DNA of 64,000 bases from Candidatus Latescibacterota bacterium (GTDB taxonomy: Bacteria; Latescibacterota; UBA2968; UBA8231). The position numbers were made by a program, and so were the translations under genes. Location of the stretch: NCBI GenBank assembly GCA_964291625.2, contig OZ220089.1, positions 480,001 through 544,000 on the forward strand. The letters are read 5' to 3'. Under the pieces are notes generated by a model. It did no database searches. It was not told the DNA's origin and saw nothing but the letters and a program-made list of their open reading frames with translations. This document shows, piece by piece, positions 20,301 through 29,719 of this stretch (its first letter is position 1; the number at the start of each line of letters is the position of its first letter).

Positions 20301-21259
20301 CCCGCCACTGGGAGTTCGTCGACGTGGACGAGCCGGTCCCGGGGGCGGGACAGATGCGCGTGCGCCTGGAGCAGGTCGCCGTCTGCGGCAGCGACCTGCC
20401 CGAGTTCCTCGGCGTTTACCCCGGATTTCCCAAGGCCGCGGGCGGCACCGGACACGAGGCGATCGGCCGCGTCGACAGCTGTCCCTCGGGTTCCTACGCC
20501 GAGGGCGAACGGGTTTTGCTGTGGGGTTTCGACCGCGTCCACGGCCTGTTCCAGGAAGCCGTCCTCACCCGGGATCAGGGTCTGCTGCGGCTGCCTTCGG
20601 ACGAAGTGCCCGAGCGGGTGCTGCTGACCCAACTCCTGGGCACCGTGATCCGCCCCTTCCGCAAGCTCGGCAACGTCATCAACCAGCGCGCCGTCATCCT
20701 CGGCCAGGGGCCGGCGGGGCTGCTGTTCACCGCCGTGCTGCGCAACCTCGGGGCCCGCGACATCGTCGCCGTGGAACCCCTCGACTGGCGGCGGGAATTC
20801 GCGGCACGGATGGGGGCGACCCACACCGTCGATCCCACCGCCGTCGATCCCGTGGAAGCCGTGGGCGAGATCACCGACGGGGCGATGGCCGACCTGGTGG
20901 TGGAAGCCGTGGGCGGCGCCGAGACCTACGGGGCCGCCGCCGTCCTGTGCCGCCGGGGCGGCGCCGTGGTCGGCTTCGGGGTGCCCGACAAGCAGGTCCC
21001 CGGGGGCGTCCTCGACCTGCCGCTGTTGGAGATGCAGCGCCGCGAGATCAACCTGGTGATGACCCTCAACGCCGGCGACCAGCCGTACGACGACTACGCC
21101 AACGCCCTCGCCTGGATCGAGGAGGGGCGCCTCGACCTGTCCGGCCTCGTGAGCCACGTGCTCCCCTTCGCCGAGATCCAGCGCGCCTTCGAGCTGGCCG
21201 CCGACAGGCCGGCGCCGGAACGGCCCGCCAAGATCGTCCTCTCCTTCGAGGCGCCCTGA
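20276..21259 (+). CDS. Zinc-binding dehydrogenase (MDR family)
   Basis: VCGSD, GHE, GQGPAG; TTG start 5 nt after GGAGG. Confidence 0.87.
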   Translation: MKAARLRAARHWEFVDVDEPVPGAGQMRVRLEQVAVCGSDLPEFLGVYPGFPKAAGGTGHEAIGRVDSCPSGSYAEGERVLLWGFDRVHGLFQEAVLTRDQGLLRLPSDEVPERVLLTQLLGTVIRPFRKLGNVINQRAVILGQGPAGLLFTAVLRNLGARDIVAVEPLDWRREFAARMGATHTVDPTAVDPVEAVGEITDGAMADLVVEAVGGAETYGAAAVLCRRGGAVVGFGVPDKQVPGGVLDLPLLEMQRREINLVMTLNAGDQPYDDYANALAWIEEGRLDLSGLVSHVLPFAEIQRAFELAADRPAPERPAKIVLSFEAP

Positions 21260-21981
21260 CCCCCCTCCTTCTCAGCGCCACCGCCTTCGAGCAGGATCAG
21301 GTGGCGGCCGGCCTGGACCAGCCCCTGCGGCAGTCGGTGGCCGGCCGGCAGTGGACGCGGGGAGCCCTGGGAGGGCGGACGGTGCAGGTCGTGGAGACCG
21401 GCCTCGGCGCGGTGAACACGGCCCACGCCCTGACCCGCAGCCTGCAGATGGAGCTTCCCCCGTGGGTGCTGCAGTTCGGGGTGGGCGGCGCCTACGAGAG
21501 CTCCGGCCTCGGCCTGGGGGACCTGGCCGTGGCCACGACGGAGAGCTTCGGCGACCTCGGCGTCATCACCCCCGCCGGCTGGCGTTCCGCCGAGGAGATC
21601 GGCATCCCCGTGGCCCAGGCCGGGGGCGAGAGCCGCTACAACGAGTACCCCCTCGACGCGGAGCTGGGCCGGGCCGCTGCGGCGGCCCTGAAGGAGCGGA
21701 TGGAGGCCCGCGTGGCCCAGGGTCCCTTCGTCACCGTGCAGGCCTGCAGCGGCACGGCGGCCCTCGGCCGCGAGAGGGCCGCCCGGGCGCCGGGGGCCCT
21801 GTGCGAGAGCATGGAGGGGGCCGCCGCGGCCCAACTCTGCTGGATGTATGGCGTGCCCCTGGTGGAGGTCCGCGCCATCAGCAACCGGGTGGAGGACCGG
21901 GACACGGCGGCCTGGGACCTGCCCCTGGCCGGCCGCCGCGCCCAGGAGGCGGCGCGGGTCCTGGTGGAGGTTCTGCCATGA
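21256..21981 (+). CDS. mqnB: Futalosine hydrolase
   Basis: PNP/UDP phosphorylase fold: TGLGAVNTA, GVGGAY, ESMEGAA, EVRAISNRVEDRDTAAWDL; adjacent to mqnD; the CTG start overlapping the upstream stop is inferred. Confidence 0.85.
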   Translation: MTPLLLSATAFEQDQVAAGLDQPLRQSVAGRQWTRGALGGRTVQVVETGLGAVNTAHALTRSLQMELPPWVLQFGVGGAYESSGLGLGDLAVATTESFGDLGVITPAGWRSAEEIGIPVAQAGGESRYNEYPLDAELGRAAAAALKERMEARVAQGPFVTVQACSGTAALGRERAARAPGALCESMEGAAAAQLCWMYGVPLVEVRAISNRVEDRDTAAWDLPLAGRRAQEAARVLVEVLP

Positions 21982-22808
21982 GCCAGCCGCTGTCCCTCGG
22001 CTACTCCCCCTGCCCCAACGACACCTTCATCTTCTACGCCCTCGTCCACGGGCGGGTCCCCGGGGCGCCGGCGGTGAAGGAGGTCCTCCTCGACATCGAG
22101 ACTCTCAACGGCATGGCCGCCCGCTCCGAGCTGGACGTGGTGAAGGTCTCCTTCCACGCCCTGGGACACCTGCTCGGCGACTACTGCCTGCTGCGCTCCG
22201 GCGGCGCCCTCGGCCGCGGCTGCGGCCCCCTCGTCGTCGCCCGCGAGAGCCTCGAGCCCGGCGAGCTGGCCGGCCTGCGCGTGGCCATCCCCGGGCGGCG
22301 GACCACGGCGGCCCTGCTCCTGCGCCTCTTCGCCCCCGGCCTCGGGCGGACCGTGGAGATGCCCTTCCACCGCATCATGGGCGCCGTGCGCGACGGCGAG
22401 GCCGACGCCGGGGTCATCATCCACGAGAGCCGCTTCACCTTCCAGCGCTACGGGCTGCACCGCGTCCTCGACTTGGGCGAGTGGTGGGAGCGGACCACCG
22501 GCCACGCCATCCCGCTGGGAGGCATCGCCGCCCGCCGCCGGCTCGGGTCCGGGGAAGTCCACCGTCTCGAGGACGGCCTGCGGCGCAGCGTCGAGTACGC
22601 CCACGCCCATCCCGGCGAGGTGCGCGGCTACGTGGCCGGCCAGGCCCAGGAGATGGACCCCGAGGTCATGGAGGCCCACATCGAGCTCTACGTGAACGAC
22701 TACACCCTCGATTACGGCGGCGACGGCCGGGCCGCCATCGAGGAGCTGATGACGCTAGCCGAGAGGGAGGGCATCCTGCCGGCCGGCGGCCCTCCCCTCT
22801 TTCTGTGA
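21978..22808 (+). CDS. mqnD: 1,4-dihydroxy-6-naphthoate synthase
   Basis: GYSPCPNDTFIF, GGALGRGCGP, IIHESRFT, DLGEWW, IPLGGI, HIELYVN. Confidence 0.95.
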   Translation: MSQPLSLGYSPCPNDTFIFYALVHGRVPGAPAVKEVLLDIETLNGMAARSELDVVKVSFHALGHLLGDYCLLRSGGALGRGCGPLVVARESLEPGELAGLRVAIPGRRTTAALLLRLFAPGLGRTVEMPFHRIMGAVRDGEADAGVIIHESRFTFQRYGLHRVLDLGEWWERTTGHAIPLGGIAARRRLGSGEVHRLEDGLRRSVEYAHAHPGEVRGYVAGQAQEMDPEVMEAHIELYVNDYTLDYGGDGRAAIEELMTLAEREGILPAGGPPLFL

Positions 22809-22821
22809 CGCGAGAGGTCCC

Positions 22822-23853
22822 ATGAGACTGCTGCAGTTCCGAGACCCGGCCTCCGGCCGCGAGCACCTGGGGCTGGTGGACGGCGGGGAGGTGATCGACC
22901 TGAGCCAGGGCGGCGGACCCGGCTCGGTCTACGAGCTCTACTACGGCGGCGGCGGCGACACGGACGGCTTCGGGGTTGCCCTGGGCGCCGTCGTCCGGGC
23001 GGCCGGCGACCACCGGCGGTTGTGCCTGGACGAGCTGCTCCAGGGGCGGGGCCCCTCCGCCCCTCACCTGCTGAAGCCGGTGAGCGCGCCGGCGGACCGG
23101 CCCCGGGGCCTGCGCGTGTGGCTGGCGGGGGTCACCCACGAGGACAGCGCCAAGCTGCGCGAGATCGAGGCGCAGCAGGCCACCGGCGAGGCGGTGAACG
23201 TGTACGACCAGAAGTACCGCGAGTGCGCCGCCGGCGGCCGGCCGGAGCTGTTCTCCAAGGACGACCCCGCCGCCGTCGTCGGCCACGGCCAGGCCCTGAC
23301 GCGGCCGGCGGAGACCGAGCGCCTGGTGCCGGAGACGGAGCTGGTCACGGTGTACGGACTCAACCGCGCCGGCCAGGTGGAGCGCCTCGGATACACCGGC
23401 GGTGACGACGCCACCGACAACGGCATGGAGGCGGCCAACCCCCTGAACCTGCCCCAGGCCAAGAACTGGGCCGGGGGCTGCGCCAGCCTGGGGCCGCTGC
23501 TGGTGACGGCCGACGAGTACGACGACCGCCGGGTCACGGTGAGCTGCGAGATCCTGCGCGCCGGCCGGCGGGTCGGCTTCAAGAAGGGGGATACCGGCCG
23601 GGACCACCTCAACATGCCCGACGGGCTGCTGCACATGGAGCGCACCCTCTTCCGCCGGATGCCCCTGGAGCCGGGACAGCTGCAGGCCCTCTACTGGGGC
23701 ACGCCGATCGTGTTCTCCGAGGCGGATCTGGCCGACGGGCTGCAGGCGGGCGACGTGGTACGCATGACCTTCTCCGGCGGGATCGGCACCCTCGAGAACG
23801 AGATCGAGCCCTTGGAGGAAACCGGTCAACTGAGGGCGCTGGAAGGAGGCTGA
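22822..23853 (+). CDS. Fumarylacetoacetate hydrolase family protein (AraD1-like)
   Basis: AGVTH, RPELFSK, VPETEL, E.ANPL.LPQAK, LGP. Confidence 0.75.
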   Translation: MRLLQFRDPASGREHLGLVDGGEVIDLSQGGGPGSVYELYYGGGGDTDGFGVALGAVVRAAGDHRRLCLDELLQGRGPSAPHLLKPVSAPADRPRGLRVWLAGVTHEDSAKLREIEAQQATGEAVNVYDQKYRECAAGGRPELFSKDDPAAVVGHGQALTRPAETERLVPETELVTVYGLNRAGQVERLGYTGGDDATDNGMEAANPLNLPQAKNWAGGCASLGPLLVTADEYDDRRVTVSCEILRAGRRVGFKKGDTGRDHLNMPDGLLHMERTLFRRMPLEPGQLQALYWGTPIVFSEADLADGLQAGDVVRMTFSGGIGTLENEIEPLEETGQLRALEGG

Positions 23854-23977
23854 CCGCCGCCGCTGGACCGCAGGTCGAAGGCCAGGGAACGTTTGCTTCC
23901 GGGTACCAGTGGCGGTCTGTTGATTCCCGGCGCGGCGACTATATTCGCATGACCCCGCCAGACCCCGGGAGCCCGGT

Positions 23978-24379
23978 ATGAGCGAAGGCGCCAACCCTCC
24001 GAGGCGTGCAGTCCCCGACCCCGAGGAAATGCCTTGGAGCATCAGCTATCTGCGCGACGACATCAGGGAGTTGCGCGCTGAAATGGTGGCCCAGTTCGGG
24101 GCCGTCCACAACCGCATCGGCGAGACCGACCGCTCCCTGAGCGGCCGTATCGACGAAACCAACCGCTCCCTTGGCGACCGTATCGACGAAACCAACCGCT
24201 CGCTGGGCGAACGCATCGACGAAACCAACCGCTCGCTGACCGACCGCATCGACGAATTCAACCGCTCGCTGAGCGTCCGCATCGACGAGACCAACAAGCG
24301 CCTCGACACCCACTTCCGCTGGATCATGGGCACGCTGGTAACCCTCACCGGCGTCCTCATCGCGGTCATCAAGCTCTGA
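23978..24379 (+). CDS. Hendecad coiled-coil protein with C-terminal TM anchor (DUF1640-like architecture)
   Basis: Six 11-aa repeats RIDETNRSLxx, then HFRWIMGTLVTLTGVLIAVIKL. Confidence 0.75.
   Translation: MSEGANPPRRAVPDPEEMPWSISYLRDDIRELRAEMVAQFGAVHNRIGETDRSLSGRIDETNRSLGDRIDETNRSLGERIDETNRSLTDRIDEFNRSLSVRIDETNKRLDTHFRWIMGTLVTLTGVLIAVIKL
24113..24310 (+). repeat. Six tandem 33-bp coding repeats
   Basis: Consensus CGYATCGACGARACCAACCGCTCSCTGNNNNNN; no spacers. Confidence 0.9.
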
Positions 24380-24406
24380 AGCCCCCGGGGGGGCGCCTGA
24401 CCGCTC

Positions 24407-25786
24407 TTGCCCTCCGACAAACGACCGAACGTCCTCTGGATCTACGGCGAGGACCTCTCCCCCGACCTGGGCTGCTACGGCACGCCCGCCGTCTCCACCC
24501 CGAACATCGACCGCCTCGCCTCCGAGGGCATCCGCCACACCCACGCCTTCATCACCGCGCCGGTCTGCTCCGCGAGCCGTTCGGCCCTGATCACCGGGAC
24601 CTGGCAGACCCACTTCGACGCCCATCATCACCGAAGCAACCGCGACCGGCCGCTGCGCGCCGACATGAGGCTCGTCACCGACCGCTTCCGCGAGGCCGGG
24701 TACTTCACCTGCAACAGCCAGGGGCCGCCCTTCGACCGGCCGGGCAAGACCGACTTCAACTTCCGGCGGGAACGTCCCTTCGACGGCGTCGACTGGAGCG
24801 AGCGCGCCCCGGGGCAGCCGTTCTACGGGCAGGTCAACATCCCCGACACGCACCGCGTCTTCCAGCCGGATCCGGAATCCCCCATCCCGCCGGAAGAGGT
24901 GGAGCTGCCGCCCTACTACCCGGACCATCCCCTCACCCGGAAGGACTGGGCCCTCTATCTCGAGAGCATCCAGATCCTCGACCGCAAGGTGGGCCAGATC
25001 CTGGAGCGCCTCGAGGCCGAGGGGATCGCGGAGGAGACGATCGTCTTCTTCCTCAGCGACCACGGACGGGCCCACCCCCGCTGCAAGCAGTTCCTCTACG
25101 ACGGCGGCCTCCGCATGCCCCTCGTCGTCCGCTGGCCCGGCCGCCTCGAGGCCGGACTCGTCTGCGACCGCCTCGTCAGCGGCGTCGACCTCGCCCCCAC
25201 GGCCCTGGCCCTCGCCGGCGTCGAGATCCCCGGCCTCGTGCAGGGGCAGGTCTTCCTCGGGCCCGATGCCGTTGATCGGGGCGCCGTGTACGCCGCCCGC
25301 GACCGCTGCGACGGCACCGACGACCGCATCCGCTGCATACGCACCCGCCGCCACAAGCTGATCCGCAACTACCACCCCGACCGTCCGTACATGCAGTTCA
25401 ACGGCTACAAGAAGCTGCAGTACCCGCTCTGGACGCTGATGCCGCTGCTGGCGGCAAGGGGTGAGCTGTCCCCCGCGCAGCAGTCCTTCCTCGAGCCGAC
25501 CCGGCCCCCGGAGGAGCTCTACGACCTGGAGGCGGATCCCCACGAGCTGCACAACCTGGCGGGGGACCCGGCCCATGAGGGGGTGAGGAGCCGGCTGGCG
25601 GAACGTCTCGAAGCCTGGATCGCGGAGACGGGGGACATGGGCGAGAGGCCGGAACCTGCGGAAGTGCGGGCCTATTGGGACGAGCACATGGCCGCGGGTT
25701 TCAGGCGGGCCATGGAGGGGCGGGGCCTGTCGCCGGAGATCAGCGACGCGGACTACGTGAAGTGGTGGGAGGGGCAGTTGCTGTAG
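24407..25786 (+). CDS. Sulfatase (S1, Cys-type formylglycine)
   Basis: PNVLWI, TPNIDRLA, CSASR (CxxxR), SDHG, ELYDL..DP.E..NL. Confidence 0.92.
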   Translation: MPSDKRPNVLWIYGEDLSPDLGCYGTPAVSTPNIDRLASEGIRHTHAFITAPVCSASRSALITGTWQTHFDAHHHRSNRDRPLRADMRLVTDRFREAGYFTCNSQGPPFDRPGKTDFNFRRERPFDGVDWSERAPGQPFYGQVNIPDTHRVFQPDPESPIPPEEVELPPYYPDHPLTRKDWALYLESIQILDRKVGQILERLEAEGIAEETIVFFLSDHGRAHPRCKQFLYDGGLRMPLVVRWPGRLEAGLVCDRLVSGVDLAPTALALAGVEIPGLVQGQVFLGPDAVDRGAVYAARDRCDGTDDRIRCIRTRRHKLIRNYHPDRPYMQFNGYKKLQYPLWTLMPLLAARGELSPAQQSFLEPTRPPEELYDLEADPHELHNLAGDPAHEGVRSRLAERLEAWIAETGDMGERPEPAEVRAYWDEHMAAGFRRAMEGRGLSPEISDADYVKWWEGQLL

Positions 25787-25895
25787 ACCGCCGCTACTGT
25801 GCGAGCATTCCGACCCCCTCGCCCACGATGTCTGGTACTCACCCGGAAGCCGCCGCGTTGGCCCGCCCTTCCATCACGGCGCATCGCTCCATTCT

Positions 25896-26492
25896 TCAGC
25901 CATGCGCAAGACGGGCGCTCAGCGGTTCCGCCAGCCAGATGGGCATGACGGCCCGGGCGGCCCCGAGCTCATCCCGATCCTCATCGGACAGTTGGGGGAG
26001 GACCGTTTCGAGACCGTCCTCGACCTCCTCGGGCCCCAGCCACGCCAGGGCGCGAATGGCGTCCCCGGCCTTGCGGTGCGGGGCCGTCAGCTGCCAGCGC
26101 GGGGCGTGGCGCAGCTCGACCGTGAGCGACCCGAACTGCAGCCGCCGGTTGGGGCCGGAGGTGAGATAGACCGGGCGCACCGGATTCTGGGTGGTCAGGC
26201 CCAGGCAGTTGGCCGCGGCACCTCCGGACGGCACGATCGGTTCGCCCCACAAGGCCGACAGCGCGGCGAGCGCTTTGTCGACGCTGGGGGCCCGAAGGCC
26301 GAAGCGGGTCTCGACGGGGCGCATGTAGACGCCCTGGCAGACGCGCATGAGGTGGGCCGATCGCGCAAGGCGCGACAATGCCTGGTCGACTGCCGCCCGC
26401 TTGCCGAGGTGCAGCAGTGCAGCCGGGCACAGCGGCGCAGCCTCCGGAAGCGTGGCGGCATGCTCCATGATGCGCCGGGGAAGCCCCCGCAT
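25896..26492 (-). CDS. DUF6088 / AbiEi-like type IV antitoxin
   Basis: AVDQALSRL...RV..GVYMRP..TRFG, G.AAAN.LGLTTQNP...VYLTSG. Confidence 0.85.
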   Translation of the reverse strand: MRGLPRRIMEHAATLPEAAPLCPAALLHLGKRAAVDQALSRLARSAHLMRVCQGVYMRPVETRFGLRAPSVDKALAALSALWGEPIVPSGGAAANCLGLTTQNPVRPVYLTSGPNRRLQFGSLTVELRHAPRWQLTAPHRKAGDAIRALAWLGPEEVEDGLETVLPQLSDEDRDELGAARAVMPIWLAEPLSARLAHG

Positions 26493-26534
26493 GGTTCTGT
26501 TTCTCCCCTTGGGTCAGCAGGGCCGGCGCCGGCC

Positions 26535-27252
26535 TCAGCCCCCTTCGAACCGGTGCCGCTCAACCAGCTCGGCCATGCTGCCGAATCGGAAGTCCGGCTC
26601 CACCTCCTGCGGCGGCGGGGCCGTGGCGCCGCCCTCGCGGCCTCCGCGCCGGTCGATCCAGGCCGTGGCCAGACCCAGCGCCTTGGCCGGCACGTGGTCG
26701 TGGAAGAGGCTCTGCGCCACGTGCAGGATGCTCTCGGGGCCGGCGCCGAAGTCGGCGGCCACGCGCTCGAGGAGGAACTCGAAGTTGGCCGCCGCCGGCT
26801 TGTACGAGCCGATCTCCTCGGCGGTGAGCACCGCGTCCCAGGGATCGCCGAGGCGGGCGGCGCTGCCCCGGTAGCTGGCGCGGTCGCAGTTGGTCAGCGT
26901 CACGAGCCGGTGGTGGCCCTTCAGATAGCCCAGCGACGGGGCCGCGTCCTCGAAGGCGGGCCAGTCGCCGACCGACCGGCCGAAGCGGATGCTCTCGCTC
27001 TCGTCGGGTTCGCCGCCCCACCGACGGACCAGGCCGCGGTGGACGGCGGCCAGCAGGTCCGCGTAGAGCAGGCCGGGGTTCGCCGCCTGGCAGGCCGACT
27101 CCTCCCGAGCGAAGGCGGCCAGGGCCTCGTCGCGACCGGGCGGATCGGCCAGCCGCGGGAGCAGCGGCTGCAGCGCCTCCCAGATCCCTCTCCCAGTCGA
27201 TCAGGGTCCCGTAGGTGTCGAAGGTGAGGACGGCGAAATCGCGCAGTCGCAT
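26535..27252 (-). pseudogene. HAD-family hydrolase (haloacid dehalogenase type II-like), frameshifted near 27187
   Basis: N-terminal LTFDTYGTLIDWE is in one frame; IWEALQPLL...LTNCD...GSYKP...HVAQSLFHDH is in another; the break falls in a short G run. Confidence 0.8.
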
Positions 27253-27260
27253 CGGTCCCT

Positions 27261-28835
27261 CTACCCGGTGTGCTTGCGTGTGCCGCCCGGTGCGAGCCGT
27301 TCCTCGCGCCACGGGCTCTCCTCGCCGTCGCCGCGGGTCCGCCAGGAGAAGGCGAGAGGCTGCCCTCCCCCGTTGTGGAACACGACCTCCGCCGCGGCCG
27401 CCGCCCCGGGAAGGGGACGCACCAGTGAGAGCAGGGTCGGAGGCGGGTGGCTCCTGCCATCCTCCAGCCGGAACTCGAGCAGCGGCCTGACCTCTCCCCG
27501 GATCTCCCGCGTGCCCAGCAGCAGCGGGCCGTAGCATGCGGTGACCGCTCCCTGCCCCCAGTTGCGGCCGTGTCCCGCGGCCACCGAGCAGACCGCGCCT
27601 CCCATGTCGGCGTGTTCCCGACCGCCGCGCAACACGCGCCTCGCCATCTGCAGCCGGGTCCCGGCGTTCCGCAGGGCGCGAAGGGCGTACCCGACCTCCC
27701 CCGTCACCTGCCAGGCGAGGGTCAGGGTGGCCGTGGACGGCTCGCGGACCGGCCTCACCGATCCGTCCTCCGACCACTCGCCCCAGTACGCCATGTCCGC
27801 CCGCTTGCCCACACCCGGCGCCCGCATCCGCCGCTGTTGGGGAAAGACCAGGGCCAGCTGCTCGGGCGACTCTTCGGGCAGGGCTTCCAGCCCCGAACGG
27901 ATCTCCGGATCGAGGCCGGTGTCCGCGAAGGTCCAGCGGTACCAGCTCAGCGCCGCCGCCGCGGGATCGTTGTAGGGATCGTCGAGGCAGTCCACCAGGG
28001 GCTCCACGATCCGCCTCGCCGCCTCCCGGAAGACTTCGTCGCCGGACAGCAGCCACAGATCTCCCAGGGCGTAGACCGCGCCCGAGGCCAGCAGGTTCTC
28101 GATGCCGGCGAGCGGGTCCCCGGGAAGGTGGTGGCCGCTGGCCGCAAGGCGGTGCAGGCCCCGGGCCTCGACCTCGGCTTCGTCGAGCCCCTCGCCGTCG
28201 AGGGTCCAGAGGAGGGGCATCGGATCCGGCGCGAAGACCAGGCGCTCCGCCCGCTTGCGGCCATGGCCCAGGGCCCACTCCAGGTAGCGCTCCTCCCCTG
28301 TCACCCGGTGAGCGGCGAGGGCGATGTGGAGAAAGCGGAAGTGCTCGGCCAGCTCATAGGCGTCCGACTCGCCGTTGGTCACGCAACGGGTGCCGATGCG
28401 GTAGCCGATGAAGGTGTCCCGCGAGTAGTCGTACCACGGAGGGACCTCGGGCACCCAGTTGCCGATGTGCTCGGCGGCGTCCGCCAGCAGCGCGACGGCT
28501 TCGGCATCCTGGGCCCGCAGACCGATGTAGCGCGGCAGGAAGAGCAGGAAGGGTTCCGGCCCGTGATGGGCCTCGGCCTCGGGCTCGTACCCGTGGAAGC
28601 ACTCGCGCTCCACCCATCCCTTCAGCGCCGACTTCAGAGTCTCGAAGTGGCGCAGGACCTCCGAGTCGCCGGTGATCAGATAGTGGGGGAACCACGCCAG
28701 GGCGTAGTTGGCCTCGTCCTCGCCGCCGTCGTTGGGACCGGGCGGATCGAGGCGCCGGCTCTGCTGCAGCCAGCGGTCCATCTCGGTCCGCAGCTCGGTG
28801 TAGGCGGTGTAGCAGTTGTGGATCTGGTCCTTCAT
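27261..28835 (-). CDS. Hypothetical protein, possibly an (alpha/alpha) barrel carbohydrate-active enzyme
   Basis: 524-aa ORF with CAGGAG RBS; repeated '(W/H)xxTG(D/E)xxY/F' helical-hairpin signatures. Confidence 0.6.
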   Translation of the reverse strand: MKDQIHNCYTAYTELRTEMDRWLQQSRRLDPPGPNDGGEDEANYALAWFPHYLITGDSEVLRHFETLKSALKGWVERECFHGYEPEAEAHHGPEPFLLFLPRYIGLRAQDAEAVALLADAAEHIGNWVPEVPPWYDYSRDTFIGYRIGTRCVTNGESDAYELAEHFRFLHIALAAHRVTGEERYLEWALGHGRKRAERLVFAPDPMPLLWTLDGEGLDEAEVEARGLHRLAASGHHLPGDPLAGIENLLASGAVYALGDLWLLSGDEVFREAARRIVEPLVDCLDDPYNDPAAAALSWYRWTFADTGLDPEIRSGLEALPEESPEQLALVFPQQRRMRAPGVGKRADMAYWGEWSEDGSVRPVREPSTATLTLAWQVTGEVGYALRALRNAGTRLQMARRVLRGGREHADMGGAVCSVAAGHGRNWGQGAVTACYGPLLLGTREIRGEVRPLLEFRLEDGRSHPPPTLLSLVRPLPGAAAAAEVVFHNGGGQPLAFSWRTRGDGEESPWREERLAPGGTRKHTG

Positions 28836-29719
28836 CCTGGCAGGGCTCCTGTATTGCAGATGAACCGGTGCTCGACTGACAGCAAAGGAGAGAATTAGGG
28901 TCGCCCTTCCCGACCGATGTCAAGGCCTCGGAAGGTTCCCTCCGGGGGCTGAAAGAGCGGGCACTCTTTCCAGCCGGTCTGCTCTCGCGCCGTCCGCGAA
29001 CCCCGGTCGAGTCCGGATCTTTCACCCAGACACCTGAAAGGTGCCGATGGGTGGTCCCCAGCGGCCAGTCCGGGTTCTCCGACAACAGCGTGGGTTGGCA
29101 CAGCCGTCTGGGGCGCGATCCTGGGACACCAGGGCCAGAACCCTCGGCCCTACCCCCCGGCAAGTCCTCCAGCCCGGACGGTCTCTTTAGTTCCGGCCGC
29201 ATGGGTAGCTCTGGGCCGCCTAGCGGGTCCGTTGTACGAATCGTCCCTGTCCCCTTCCTGTCCCTTTCCCTGAGCGTCCACCCCCCTCCCGACTTTCCTA
29301 TTCCGAAGTCACCCTCTGGAGCGGGGTCTCTCCAGCGTCAGGACCACACCCAGGTTTGCACACCCGCATCTTGGGGACACTATATTGCCGGCCGGAATCG
29401 CATTGGCTACACCCGGGAAGGAAGAGTAGAATTGACGGTCACACTGGGATTGCTTCTCCTTCGGCATCTCTGCGACCGCTGACGCTCCCGGTCGAGACCC
29501 CCTATGGCAGTGTCGGGGCGCTGGAGTTGGAGAGCCCCGCACAAAGAGCAGAAGGGCGAGAGAAGCACCTCACGGCCCTGATGGCAGTGCTTCGCCGATC
29601 CCAAGGTGCGTCTCGGGCACGGGTCCGAGAGAAGGCTGGTAGCCCGGCGGCTCAGCAGCATGGGATGGAATAGGGTATCTGAAGGGAACAGTACCTGAAC
29701 CTATCGGAAGCATCGTATC

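Noticed and set aside
24113-24310. 33-bp repeats as a CRISPR array
   Set aside because: The repeats are contiguous with no unique spacers, keep the reading frame of a protein, and there are no cas genes nearby.
28895-29110. Glycine, FMN or SAM riboswitch, or a group II intron fragment
   Set aside because: Only short words match (CTTTCAGG, TTCCCGACCG); the full consensus elements and their order are missing.
29051-29673. Short overlapping ORFs upstream of the island operon
   Set aside because: They overlap on both strands with no RBS or recognisable motifs; more likely non-coding or regulatory DNA.
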